Assembly (NCBI GenBank): GCA_965216875.1
Contig: OZ244207.1
Coordinates: 832,001 to 896,000, forward strand
Origin: Rubripirellula sp.
Lineage (GTDB): Bacteria > Planctomycetota > Planctomycetia > Pirellulales > Pirellulaceae
Direction of reading: 5' to 3'
Length of the DNA: 64,000 nt
Shown: piece after piece, positions 50,965 through 62,000 of the stretch
Layout: every line of letters starts with the position of its first letter
Numbering within the stretch: position 1 is the first letter of the stretch
Translations under genes and position numbers: made by a program
The notes under the pieces: generated by a model
What the model was told of the DNA's origin: nothing
What the model saw: only the letters and a program-made list of their open reading frames with translations
The model's database searches: none

Positions 50965-53412
50965 CTATTTCGTAGGTTCGATGACCAACCAATTAAGGCA
51001 GGTGTTGCTCCCGCCTTTCGGTGTTCCGATCACGACGGTGAGATCTCCGTCTTTGGTTTCGATGATCGAGGAGAGTTCGAGAAATTTCCCTGCCTGCGTG
51101 TCGACGTTTTTTGCAAAGTTGACACCTTCGATCGTCAAATGTTGGCCTGATTGAGGATGCTCTGCGTCGCCTAGGCAAGCGGTGACCTTCCAAGAGCCAT
51201 TTTCGATTTCACACGTCCAGGTGTTTTGCTTTCGCGTAAAAACGAAGCCTGAGTTCAAGGTGTCATCACCACTTTGGCGGTAACGCGTATTGGCCGCGAG
51301 GTTGCTTTGCCAGCCGAAACCTTGCTCTTTCTGAAATGCCTTTCCTGAATCGTTGATCCAACCCTCCGGTTTCGGTGCATTCCGACTGGTGAAATTGAAT
51401 GCCTTGGCGTCGGCCGCCAGTTTGGGCTCGGGCAATCCATCCCGTTTTGGGTTGGGTTGCCACGCAATAGGCCGGCGGAAGTGTGATGCTGGCACAGGTT
51501 GACTCTGAATTTCCGCCCAAACCTGCTTCGCGATCTGACGACGAGTGAGCGGAAGCTTGATCGGTGTTGCAAACTTGTAGCCACGTTCCTTGACGGTCGC
51601 GATCACCCGCGCCGTCCAGTCTTTGCTCGCTGGTCGATCCGGGCGAAAGGCTGTTTCAGAGGCATTCAATCCCAAGACTCTTCGCAGTGCCAATTGCTGG
51701 AATACCTCAAAATCTGGGTCGAAAGGGTCAACATCCGAGAAAGGCCAAATGGCCATCGGGGCTCCATGTTTTGAGTTCAGGAGCGCCGACCAAATGGCGG
51801 GCAAGTGAGCGATGTTTCCCGGCGTTTCCTGTTCGATGAGGCTTACTGCGGCAACGGCTCCGGCAGCCTGGCCGGCGTGGATTGATTGATCGTGCAACCG
51901 GCATGACGAACTGACGATGCTCGTGTAGCCCAAGTTCTTCTGTGCGCCGATCAGCCCCTCGATCGATTCCGGCAGGAGAGCGCGCAATGGAAAGACGGCT
52001 CGACCTGTTCCACTTCGACCGAACCTGCGATTACCGCGAAACGAAGCTTCCCACGGGCCAGCTTCTTTTTGGTCAGTTGTCCAATTTCGGCGCGTGGGAT
52101 GAAAATCGAGTTCAAACTGCCAGCAGAAAACCGCATCCGGGAACATGACTCTCGCGTAATCGGAGCGGCTTTCGAATCCGACCACTTCCTGTTCCGTGAC
52201 AACATGTTTGCTGGCCAGGCGAAGGCTTTCGCGAACGTAGGGTTTGGGCGGCAAATGGTCGTTGGTCTCAAACTCACGACTTAGTGCCATGCGGCGAAAC
52301 TTGGGAAAGTTCTGTTGCAGGTAATAGTAGTACTTGAGCGTGTGGTTGCGGGCGTCTGCGAACACGATCTCTCTCTGTTCACGACTCATCGCCACAAGGG
52401 TTTTGTTTGAAGCTCCTGGTTCCGTCTCCTCGAGAGCATCGGCCACTGACTTTGGCCATGCGTCCAGGGGGTAATCGATGTTCGGATTGTTGATCAGTAA
52501 GATGTCCGGATGGTCGATTTCCTTTGAACCCTGACCGTCCACCAGTCGCCTTGTGGTGTAGGCAAAGTCTTCGTCGATCCATCCCCACTTTCCGGTGAAG
52601 TAGGCAGGGTCATAGCCATCGGGTTTCGGAAACAGATGGGGCTCATCCTGTTGCTCGAGAATCATGCACCATGTGATCGGGTTCAGATCGGTTGCGGGAG
52701 TACCGGATACAGGGGCGCTCGGTTCGTTGAATTCAGCTTGGCTATCGAGCCCTGCGTCCCACCTTGCGCCGGATCCTTTGATCACGTCTCCCCAATCACT
52801 GGCGTCGATCGTGAGCTTGGCGCGCACGGTCAGTGTTTTGCCACCGGGGCCGACGAATTCAACGCCCATCACCCGATCGTTAGTCATTAGCACGGAATCG
52901 ACGTGGTAGTACGAGCGCCGCAACACCTGGCCGTTCTTTTCAAAGGGGGCCAAGAGTTCGCGAAAGACCTGTTCGGCGACAACGGGGCGGCCGGTGGTGA
53001 TCACACGCGTATTGCCTGGACGTCGAACTCCGCCGTAGAGCTGAGCGTTCTTGTCTTCGATTGCGTCGATGACATCGCGGAAGATTCCCGATCGGGGTAC
53101 GGGAACCGTTCCGTCATATCCGTGGCCACGGTTTTCGTCGATGGCGCCGAGGCCTTCGGCGCTGAATTGCCCGCCCAGCCACTCAATGTCGTTGATCAAC
53201 GCAATCTTCTTGATTCCCATGCGAGCCGCTTGGACGGCCGCAGCGCAACCGGACTCGGTTCCTCCCACGACCAATAGGTCAACCTCGATCGCTTCTGACG
53301 CGATCTGCGGAGTTGACTTTGGAGCGTCGTCGGCTTTCAAGGTGATGTTTGGCGCGAGCAGCAGCGAGGCGAGGGCCAAGATGCAATCGGTGACTCTCAT
53401 GTGGCTCTTCAT
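50965..53412 (-). CDS. Exported FAD-dependent oxidoreductase with SLH-like segment and C-terminal galactose-binding-like domain
   Basis: Signal peptide; DLLVVGGTESGCAAAVQAAR, WLGGQ, IDASDWGD, PYVRES, RLH...GQAAG; PFSDV...FRPD; C-terminal FNF...GW..D.G...GFGW...LGD. Confidence 0.85.
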   Translation of the reverse strand: MKSHMRVTDCILALASLLLAPNITLKADDAPKSTPQIASEAIEVDLLVVGGTESGCAAAVQAARMGIKKIALINDIEWLGGQFSAEGLGAIDENRGHGYDGTVPVPRSGIFRDVIDAIEDKNAQLYGGVRRPGNTRVITTGRPVVAEQVFRELLAPFEKNGQVLRRSYYHVDSVLMTNDRVMGVEFVGPGGKTLTVRAKLTIDASDWGDVIKGSGARWDAGLDSQAEFNEPSAPVSGTPATDLNPITWCMILEQQDEPHLFPKPDGYDPAYFTGKWGWIDEDFAYTTRRLVDGQGSKEIDHPDILLINNPNIDYPLDAWPKSVADALEETEPGASNKTLVAMSREQREIVFADARNHTLKYYYYLQQNFPKFRRMALSREFETNDHLPPKPYVRESLRLASKHVVTEQEVVGFESRSDYARVMFPDAVFCWQFELDFHPTRRNWTTDQKEAGPWEASFRGNRRFGRSGTGRAVFPLRALLPESIEGLIGAQKNLGYTSIVSSSCRLHDQSIHAGQAAGAVAAVSLIEQETPGNIAHLPAIWSALLNSKHGAPMAIWPFSDVDPFDPDFEVFQQLALRRVLGLNASETAFRPDRPASKDWTARVIATVKERGYKFATPIKLPLTRRQIAKQVWAEIQSQPVPASHFRRPIAWQPNPKRDGLPEPKLAADAKAFNFTSRNAPKPEGWINDSGKAFQKEQGFGWQSNLAANTRYRQSGDDTLNSGFVFTRKQNTWTCEIENGSWKVTACLGDAEHPQSGQHLTIEGVNFAKNVDTQAGKFLELSSIIETKDGDLTVVIGTPKGGSNTCLNWLVIEPTK

Positions 53413-53456
53413 GGTCGAGTTTCTGATGAATGCGCTTAGGTGCGGCGAGTTCCTGT

Positions 53457-54848
53457 TCACGCGACGATCTCGTTGACGACGCGTCCGCGTACATCGGTGA
53501 GACGAAAGTCGCGACCGGAATAGCGGTAGACCAATCGCTCGTGGTCGATTCCAAGCAGGTGAAGAATGGTTGCGTGCAAGTCGTGAACGTGAACCTTGTC
53601 CTGAATCGCCCGGAAGCCGAAGTCGTCGGTCGCTCCGTGGATCGTGCCGCCTCGGATGCCACCACCGGCCAGCCACCAGGTGAACCCAAACTGGTTGTGA
53701 TCGCGTCCGTTCTTGCCTTGCGTTGTCGGCGTGCGGCCGAATTCACCGCCCCAAGTCACGAGTGTTTCGTCCAGCAGTCCACGGCGTTTGAGATCTCCGA
53801 GGAGAGCCGCGATGGGTTGGTCGATGTCTCCGCAGAGTTGTCGATGCTTCTTGTCGTTGTCAGAGTGTGTATCCCACGGCTGGCGATTGCCGTAGTACAG
53901 CTGGACGAATCGGACTCCGCGTTCGCTCAGCCGCCGCGCCATCAGACACGCGCGGGCAAAGCGGCTGCTTCCGTATTCGGCTTGGACCGATTCAGGCTCT
54001 CGAGACACGTCGAACGCATCGAGTGCTTCGGTCTGCATTCGGAATGCGAGCTCCATGCTACGAATGCGTGTGTCCAGGTCGTCGGGCTCGGTGCGTTCCT
54101 CGCGGTGTCGGCTGTTCAGTCGGCGAATCAGGTCCAGCTGTTCGCGCATGGCATCGGGACCGAGCGACGAGTTTTTCAAATGTGGGATCAGTTGTTCTGG
54201 TTTTTGGTTCGTGTGATTCAGATGCGTGCCCTGAAACTGACCCGGCAGAAACGCGTTACTCCAGAGTTTCGGTCCGAGTACCGGTTTGCCCGGGCAGAGC
54301 ACGACGAATCCGGGTAGGTTTTCGTTTTCCGTTCCCAGCCCGTAGGTCGCCCAGGATCCGAGACTGGGACGGTTGGGCGTGAGCGAACCAAGGTTCATCA
54401 TGCACAATGCGGGCGCGTGATTTGGGAAATCGGTGTGCAGACCACGGACGATCGCCATGTCGTCCACGAACTTCGCCGTCCTCGGTAGCAAATCCGAAAC
54501 CGGAATCCCTGACTCGCCGTAATGTTGAAATTGAAAAGGCGATGGCATCAGTCCGCCCTGAGCCACAAGTCGCTCGGCCCGAAACGAGTCGGCGATGTCG
54601 TCTGGCAGGTCTCCTGAGTGTTCGGCGAGTTTCGGTTTCGGGTCGAACGTGTCGACCTGCGACGGACCACCTCCCATGAATAGCGAAATCACACGTTTCG
54701 CGCGCGGAGCGAAGTGCAGTCCGCGCACCGCGGTTGTGTTGGTATCGGCAGCTGCCGAAGGCTCAAGCAATCCAGACAGACCCAGCATGCCCATCCTAGC
54801 GCCGGCTGTCCGCAGCAGTTCGCGTCGTGTGGGGGAATTGGTATTCAT
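53457..54848 (-). CDS. DUF1501 family protein, Tat substrate
   Basis: TRRELL; AKRVISLFMGGGPSQVDTFDPKP, RPSLGSW, WDTH, GGEFGRTP, GRDH, HDLHATILHLLG. Confidence 0.93.
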   Translation of the reverse strand: MNTNSPTRRELLRTAGARMGMLGLSGLLEPSAAADTNTTAVRGLHFAPRAKRVISLFMGGGPSQVDTFDPKPKLAEHSGDLPDDIADSFRAERLVAQGGLMPSPFQFQHYGESGIPVSDLLPRTAKFVDDMAIVRGLHTDFPNHAPALCMMNLGSLTPNRPSLGSWATYGLGTENENLPGFVVLCPGKPVLGPKLWSNAFLPGQFQGTHLNHTNQKPEQLIPHLKNSSLGPDAMREQLDLIRRLNSRHREERTEPDDLDTRIRSMELAFRMQTEALDAFDVSREPESVQAEYGSSRFARACLMARRLSERGVRFVQLYYGNRQPWDTHSDNDKKHRQLCGDIDQPIAALLGDLKRRGLLDETLVTWGGEFGRTPTTQGKNGRDHNQFGFTWWLAGGGIRGGTIHGATDDFGFRAIQDKVHVHDLHATILHLLGIDHERLVYRYSGRDFRLTDVRGRVVNEIVA

Positions 54849-54931
54849 GATCGGTCCGTGTGGTTGTTTGAAAGCTCCGATGTGAACCGCCGGTGTGCAG
54901 CAATCGGCTCACCGTGATCAAAAGCACTTGC

Positions 54932-57355
54932 TCAATCGATGTACTGAAGTTCGTTACTTGCCAACAGGGCGTGGATGTATCGGGTCCAGCGTTCGTTGTC
55001 GTTCCATTCGGTTCCAAGGAAGTCCAAGGCAGTGCGTCGGTCTTCGTCAGTTGCCCGGCGCGTAAACAATCGCGTGTGAAGATCATCGATTCGGGCTTCA
55101 ACCGTTGAATCTTCTTCGAGAATTTTCGCAGCCAGCGCCGTGGCCGCTTTTCGCACCAGCGGCGCGTTGAGTACAAACAACTGCTGCAGCGGTGTCGTTG
55201 TCACGGAACGGCCAGCGCTGTGAAGGGTAGGATCGGGAAAGTCAAAATTGGCCAGTGTGGTTGCGAGTTCGTGTCGTGACACCTTTCCGTAGAGCGTGCG
55301 ACGTGCGAACTTGGGATCGTCGACGTTGCCCGACCGACCGCCGATGCGCTGGTCCATCAATCCGGAAACGGCGAGAATTGTGTCTCGCAGTGCTTCGACT
55401 TCGAGACGACGACGTGGGAAACGTGTCAACAGTTGGCCATCAGGATCGAGAAGCTGACTGTCCTTGGAAGCGGTCGATGATTGTCGGTACGTTGCTGAAG
55501 TCACGATTTCGCGATGCAGCCACTTGAGCGACCAGCCGTTCTCGACAAAACGCACGGCGAGGCCGTCGAGCAGCTCGGGATGCGTCGGGCGTTCACCCAA
55601 TGCTCCAAAGTTGCTGGGACTGGGGACGAGCCCTCGACCGAAATGAAGCTGCCAGACGCGATTCACGATCACGCGCGCCGTCAACGGGTTCTTCTCGGAC
55701 GCAACCGCGCGAGCCAATTCCAAACGCCCACTTCCTTGTTCGAAGTGTTCGAGATGATCGTCGCACAGAACTTCGACGAATCTTCGCGGAACAACCTCCC
55801 CGTGTTTACCGGCGTTGCCGCGGACGAAGATTGGGAGATCGCGCGGACGGTTGGGATAGACTGCGAGCTTCACTCGGCTGCCGTCGGTGTCTTCGACGAG
55901 AATCGTTTCTTCGGTGAGTACATGAGCGACGGGGAGTTCGAAGTGGGCTGTCCTTTTTAGCTTCGCGATCTCCTGACGCTGCTCTTTGAGTTGGTTGGTT
56001 TCTTCAGCGGTTGCGGCTTGCTTCGGATCTTTCTTTTTTCGAGCCGCGATTTCCTTTTCGAGCTTCGTGACCTTGGACTCCAGTTCTTTCACACGCTTCC
56101 GCGCCGGTTCGGAGTCGTCAACGAGTGATTGCTCGATAATCGGTCTGGTCGTCTGGCGACTCGATGCAAACACACCGGCAATCGCGTAGTAGTCGGCGGC
56201 ACGAATCGGATCGTATTTATGGTCGTGACAACGAGCACACGCCAGCGTCAGGCCTAGGAAGCCTCGACCGATCACGTCGACACGGTCTTCCCAGTCGTCG
56301 GCGTAACGATTCTGAATGACGAGCTTGGAGAGTTGGACTTCCTTGTGGTTTTGTGGTCCCAAACCAAACAAACCAAGCGCGGGAAGGTCCTCCGGTCCGG
56401 TCTCTGGCAGAAGATCGGTGGCGAGTTGGCGAATCACAAACTCGTCGTAGGGAACATCGTCATTCAGAGCGGAGCTAACCCAATCGCGATACCGCCACGC
56501 ATTCGGGTAGGGCCCGTTGTGCGGCCCCATGTTGGTGTTGTCTTCTGCATAACGGACGACGTCCAGCCAATGCCGTCCCCATCGTTCGCCGTATCGCGGT
56601 GACGCAAGCAGTCGATCGACGAGTCGCTGATACGCACGTGGCGATTTGTCGTCCAGGAATTCCTTTACTTCAGCCGGCGTTGGAGGAAGTCCGGTCAGGT
56701 CGTAGGTGACACGGCGCAGCAAGTTGCGCCGTGCCGCTTCCGCTGCCGGAGTCGCTCCGGCGGACTGAATCATCCGAAGAACAAAGGCGTCGATGGGACG
56801 GCGCGTCCAGGTAGCCTGAGCAGCTTGAGGAACCGCGTGACGGCGTGGCTGCTGGAACGACCAGAACTTTCGCGCTTGCTCAAAGTCGATCTCGGTCTTG
56901 ACGACGCTGCCCGCATCGGTCCGTGGATCGGGTGCTCCCATGGCAACCCATTTCTCGAAGTTCGCAATCACATCATCCGGAAGTTTTCCGGATGGCGGCA
57001 TCTCGGGCGCCTCGCTGCTTGTGTATCGCAACGCCAGGATCAAGAGGCTCTCATTCGGCTTGCCCGGGACGATCGCCAGACCACTTTCTCCGCCCTCTCG
57101 CAGGCTGGGGCCCGAATCGACTCGCAATTGGGCTTCAACAACTTCGTCCTGAGCCGAGTGACACTCGTAGCAATGTTCGACGAGCACAGGCCGAATGCGA
57201 GACTCAAAAAACGCGTTCGCTTCCGGCGACACTTCGTCAGCGGCTCCGACGTCAACGAAGAGTGCCGTCATGGATGCGCAGTAGACGGCAAGCAACAACC
57301 AGCGGTAGCTGACAACGTGGGGCGGACGTCTCTGCAGAAGTAGAGCAGCGCGCAT
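54932..57355 (-). CDS. Planctomycete cytochrome c + DUF1549 + DUF1553 (PSD1) protein
   Basis: FFESRIRPVL..HCYECH, YGERWGRHWLDVVRY, CARCHDHKYDP, NPLTARVIVNRVW, PTHPELLD, TTTPLQQL. Confidence 0.93.
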   Translation of the reverse strand: MRAALLLQRRPPHVVSYRWLLLAVYCASMTALFVDVGAADEVSPEANAFFESRIRPVLVEHCYECHSAQDEVVEAQLRVDSGPSLREGGESGLAIVPGKPNESLLILALRYTSSEAPEMPPSGKLPDDVIANFEKWVAMGAPDPRTDAGSVVKTEIDFEQARKFWSFQQPRRHAVPQAAQATWTRRPIDAFVLRMIQSAGATPAAEAARRNLLRRVTYDLTGLPPTPAEVKEFLDDKSPRAYQRLVDRLLASPRYGERWGRHWLDVVRYAEDNTNMGPHNGPYPNAWRYRDWVSSALNDDVPYDEFVIRQLATDLLPETGPEDLPALGLFGLGPQNHKEVQLSKLVIQNRYADDWEDRVDVIGRGFLGLTLACARCHDHKYDPIRAADYYAIAGVFASSRQTTRPIIEQSLVDDSEPARKRVKELESKVTKLEKEIAARKKKDPKQAATAEETNQLKEQRQEIAKLKRTAHFELPVAHVLTEETILVEDTDGSRVKLAVYPNRPRDLPIFVRGNAGKHGEVVPRRFVEVLCDDHLEHFEQGSGRLELARAVASEKNPLTARVIVNRVWQLHFGRGLVPSPSNFGALGERPTHPELLDGLAVRFVENGWSLKWLHREIVTSATYRQSSTASKDSQLLDPDGQLLTRFPRRRLEVEALRDTILAVSGLMDQRIGGRSGNVDDPKFARRTLYGKVSRHELATTLANFDFPDPTLHSAGRSVTTTPLQQLFVLNAPLVRKAATALAAKILEEDSTVEARIDDLHTRLFTRRATDEDRRTALDFLGTEWNDNERWTRYIHALLASNELQYID

Positions 57356-57561
57356 TGAAGTGGCTTGCACAGCGGTGGGAGGGTGGAGGCGGGACTCCCA
57401 TTCTAGCCCACGAGCGAGCCGAAGTGACACAGCGAGCGACTTCGCCCTGATACAGCGCGTTCGCGGTATCGGCTTCCACCACAGGGCTCTTTCCCGGCGG
57501 TCGGCCGTTCAAGACTTGAGCGTCGCGTTGAGGAGAGCGGTCGTGCGAACCCCCGAAGAAG

Positions 57562-57635
<74 letters not shown>

Positions 57636-57869
57636 TTGAGATGATGACGCTGTGTGCAAAGACCCGATCCAGCGCGGCTCGGTTCGCGGTCCGCCAGCGA
57701 CTGGGACGATTGTAGGGCCAGCGATTCGACTGCCAAACCCCAGTGGGACGATTCTGTGCGGCATTTTTTGACGAACCCTCTCGCAGTTTGGCAGATCGTC
57801 AAAAGTGCGATCGATTGGCGATCGCCCGATACGTTAGTATGGTCACATGGGGCTGTTGGAGATGCCGGT

Positions 57870-58310
57870 ATGCGGATCATCATCTATTGCGGAATGGTTA
57901 CGATCTGGCTCGTCATGGGTGCAGGGCTCGCGGTGAGCGGTTTCAATCTCATCCCTGAACAGCACCGGGTGGGCGAGGTCGTTGCTGTGATCGGAATGTG
58001 TAGCGGAGTGCTCGGTCTTGGAGCCGCCGAACTGCTGCTCTACTCGATCGGTTCGCGGCGACCTCGACGAAGGCGCAAGCGAAAACGAAATCCAAAACTG
58101 CCTAATGTCCCAACACCGCGATCCTTCCAAAGCCGTTTGGCAAAGTTTGCCGGAACGGATGAGCAGCATGTGATGGACGAAACGGAAGAGCACGCGTCCA
58201 ACATGCCTTTCTGGACCCTGGCGAATGATCATTCACGGACGGAACCCAAGCCCGCGAGCTTCTTTCGTCATATCCTGTACCGAATTCGTGCCATTCTGCG
58301 CACGAGCTAA
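57870..58310 (+). CDS. Hypothetical 2-TM protein with basic cytoplasmic segment
   Basis: Two hydrophobic helices then RRPRRRRKRKR; ends 9 nt before the DUF1697 gene. Confidence 0.6.
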   Translation: MRIIIYCGMVTIWLVMGAGLAVSGFNLIPEQHRVGEVVAVIGMCSGVLGLGAAELLLYSIGSRRPRRRRKRKRNPKLPNVPTPRSFQSRLAKFAGTDEQHVMDETEEHASNMPFWTLANDHSRTEPKPASFFRHILYRIRAILRTS

Positions 58311-58319
58311 GAGGCGACG

Positions 58320-58853
58320 ATGCCTGAACGAATAGCGTTGCTCCGCGGAATCAACGTCGGTGGCAAGAACAAGCTACCGATGGCCGAGCTTGTCCAAATC
58401 CTCGAACAACTCAAGCTCAAGGAGGTGCGCACCTACATCCAAAGCGGCAATGTTGTTTTTCAATCGGGCAAAATTTCGCCGGAGAAGTTGGCTCAAAGGA
58501 TCACCGACGCTATCGAGTCGGAAAAGGGTTTTGCGCCGACCGTTCTCGTTTGTGACGCCGACGAGTTTCGCGAGATCGTTGAAACGAACCCGTTCGCCAA
58601 AGCGGTAGCCGAACCCAAGCACATGCATTACTTCTTTCTCGAAAGTGATGCGACCGATGCGGATACCGACGGTATCGCAAGGATCGCCGCCAAGAGCGAG
58701 CAGTTTACGCTGCAGGAGCGAGTCTTCTTGTTGCACGCGCCCGATGGGATCGGTCGATCAAAGCTCGTCGCCAAGATCGACAAACTGCTCGGAGTGCCAA
58801 CGACAGCTCGCAATTTGCGCACGATCGAAGCGTTGTTGGAAATGTTGTCGTAG
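58320..58853 (+). CDS. DUF1697 family protein
   Basis: ALLRGINVGG, VRTYIQSGNVVF, NPF, GIGRSKL, TARN. Confidence 0.93.
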   Translation: MPERIALLRGINVGGKNKLPMAELVQILEQLKLKEVRTYIQSGNVVFQSGKISPEKLAQRITDAIESEKGFAPTVLVCDADEFREIVETNPFAKAVAEPKHMHYFFLESDATDADTDGIARIAAKSEQFTLQERVFLLHAPDGIGRSKLVAKIDKLLGVPTTARNLRTIEALLEMLS

Positions 58854-59029
58854 GTCATGCTCCGCATGACAGGTGTCAAGGCGTTATGCACAGGCTGTTC
58901 GTAGTCTAACGCCAGAGAGCCGCGATCGCGTAAGCGGCCGGGCATTGTGCACTTGAAGGGCCCGACGCTAGCGCGTTCGGCTCACGAGGATGACAGGTTT
59001 CCGTGCGTGTCATGCACAGCATGATCTAC
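58850..59029. repeat. Nested REP-like element: GTAG(G/A)TCATGC doublet enclosing a GAGCCG...CGGCTCAC doublet
   Basis: Outer arms at 58850-58871 and 59008-59029; inner arms at 58917-58943 and 58959-58985. Confidence 0.85.
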
Positions 59030-59030
59030 G

Positions 59031-62000
59031 TTAGCGAGCTTTGATCGAAACCCCATTCAGGACGGGCTCGCCCGAGACGGTCTCGATTTGCAGGTGCAGT
59101 TCATCGCCAATCGCCACGTCTTCGATGAGCTGACGTATTTCTCGGGGCGAATTTGCGTCGACGTGCAATCGCTCGCCAATCGGTTTGCCGTTCATCTTCA
59201 CGTCGAACGTTGCCGGCGATGGTCCGAACCGTAGCTCAATGTTGTAGCGTCGTTTGGGCTTTGAAGGATCGTCGTCACGAGCCGGTTCGGCATCGATAAA
59301 CAGCTTCGGCGAGCGCTCCACACCCGTCTTTGATGAGACCGCGACTCGCTTTCCGCTGCCGGTGATCAGGAAGGAAATGGCGTTACCCGGTTTCCAATCC
59401 TCACGCTTGATGATTTCGCGAATCAGCGGAGCAAGGTTGGGTGTGCGGTGGATTTCGGTCGCTTCGTAACGTTTGTTCCAAGGCGGCGGGTTCCATTGAA
59501 CTTCGGTGGTCGTTCTTGATCGTGACGAAAGGTCATGTTTGTCGCCCGAAAAACGCTCCGAATTTCCTGTGTCCTCAGCGCTGACTTGCAATGAGGTCGG
59601 TTCGTTCGACGTTTCATCGCAGGTGAATTGAATGTAGGCCGACTTGATCTTCGATTTGGCGTTGAGGTTGATGTCGGTAAACCTCAGTCCAACCACTTGG
59701 TCCTCAATATCTTCGACAAGCTCGAGATCGCTGCTGATTCGATCGACGGCGCCCGATTCACTTTCTTCGGCGTCGTCATCAGCATGCTGAATGGGAATGC
59801 CGCTACGCATTGTGAACTCGCCTTCGAGTTTCATCCCGATCCTTAGGTCGGTCACACCTTGAATGCCCGAAGATGCGATCCAGGGTGTCTCGCTCTTGGA
59901 TGCCGCCGAAGCGTGCTTTCGAAAGTAGGTTGCTTCTTTGTTGGCATGAATGGTGACCGGCGGAGAAGATCCGGCGACGGCCGGGTATTCGATCCACAAC
60001 AAACCGTCCTTGTCTCGCCGATCGCCCGCCGCTCCAAAATTGATTCCGAGTTGTCGAAAATACTCCCCCTGAGTTTCGAGTGAAGCTGCCGAGTTGACGG
60101 TCCACATTTCGACCTCGGGCATGTGTACCAAGCCGAGCGAAGTTTGGTTCTGGTAAGCGCAACTGCACGTGCGCGTGTAGTCGGGCGCGTTCAGCACGCC
60201 ATTGGCAACGATTAAGTTGGAAGTGCAACCCGACTTAAAGCCGCCCAGGTTTCCCGTGCCCGCTTTGGATTGCAGGTCGTAGAATCCTGCAGCGCCCGAT
60301 CGAAAGGTCAAAAAGTTTTCGCTGGCGATGACATTATTGCACCCGTAGGCGCGAGTGATTCGCCAAGGTTGCATTTGGCCGGTAAGAGGATTCGGAATGA
60401 GTTTGGGTTTGCCGTCACTCAAATAGAACGCGCCGGCTGATTGCCCGTACGAGTTGGCGTTGGTGATGATCAAGTCGTTGTGCAGGATGCATGGGCCAAG
60501 GTAACGCACACCATCGTTTTTCCATCGCAGGTTGCCTGTCGCTGCTTCGTAGACCGCCATTCCTTGATCGACTTCGTCGTAAAGGCGGTCGCTCCCTTTG
60601 GCACCGGCTTGCAGCAGGGCGTTTTGTTTTTCGGAATACCCAAGCCAGGTGCCGAAGATGTTTTCGGATACTTCCCACGCTTGTTGCCCGGTTTGGGAAT
60701 CATAGGCGACGATTCGATACCCTTCGGTGGGCGGTTTGCCGCGGCGCAGTAATGCTGCTTCGACCTGTTTCGGATTGCGATCGAGGCAATAGACGAGTCC
60801 GCCGCCGGCAACAATCCCGTTGTGCCAGAAACTGTGATTTGCGTCGACCTTCCAGAGCATTTCGCCACTGTGCCGGTCCCAACCGATTAGTGAGGCGCTC
60901 GCCGCTCGGTCAAGACTCTTGGATCCGAAGCCGGCACGTGATTTCTTGAGGTCCTTGTCCGACGGAAAGTTCAGGCCATTCCGCGTGCGATACATCGCGA
61001 ACCCCGAGCCGCCGATGAGGACGTTTTTGTAAACGCCAAGGTATCCCCAGTTGGCTTGGTTGCCATCGCCGTCTTGCGGGATCTTGAAGTTGCCAATCGT
61101 TTTGCCGGTCGCGGGGTCGAGAACGTGGCACACGGGGCCTTCGACAATGTAAACATGCTCGGGGGTGACCACAAAGTTTGTGCCCCGCGCATTGGCACCG
61201 GGAATGTGAACTTGGTTGTACTTGGGGTTCAGGGGGACGTCTTCATAGGTCGAGTCATAGTAGACATCGAAGGTGCCCAAATCCTTGAAGTCACGTTTCC
61301 AAAGGACGCGACCGGTGTAGACATCGCGGGCACTGAGCGAGTTCATGCCTTGGATAAAGAGCCGACCGCCGACCACTTGTTCGGGCGGGCCATGACCGTG
61401 TCGTGGCAGCACATCCATGTTGCTGCTTCCTCCAAACCACAAGATGCCCAGTGGCAGTTTGACACGACTGTCGTCCGACTTGACGGTGTTTGCAATGCTG
61501 CCGTACTGGTGCGTCCAATCGGCCGCGCCGGGTAGTGGTCCGGTGCGCCGGACGAGGACTCCGAGTTCACTTTCGGCAACGCGAGCGCGAGAAAGATCGA
61601 GTCCTTTGATTTGCTTTAGTAACCCGCCCCGATTCCGTTGGCTCAACAACACCATCGTGCCGCCGTAGGGGCGCAACGATTCGTAAACCGTGTCGAGTGA
61701 ATCGGGGTTCGAGACGTGTCGATCCGATGCATCGACGAAGATCATGTTGGCGACATACGGCGGTGCTTGAAAGGAAGAAGCGTCGCCGTGGTGCAACGTG
61801 ACTTTGCCGTACAGTCCGGCGGCATCAAGAGCTTGGCGGCCGCGCTCGACCGATTCGTTGTCCGAGCAAACAATCGCAAGTTGCTCGAAGGGCGATTGGA
61901 ATGCCAAGGCTTGCAGCAAAGCGGAATCCCAATTCCCATACCAAAGGGCGTAACCTTCGGCGTCGCCCAGTTGCGTCAGCTGCGAAACGACCTTTTGTGC

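Noticed and set aside
53430..54317. 295-aa plus-strand ORF (and similar ORFs at 50003-50806 and 23715-24527)
   Set aside because: Antisense to confidently identified genes; no independent evidence.
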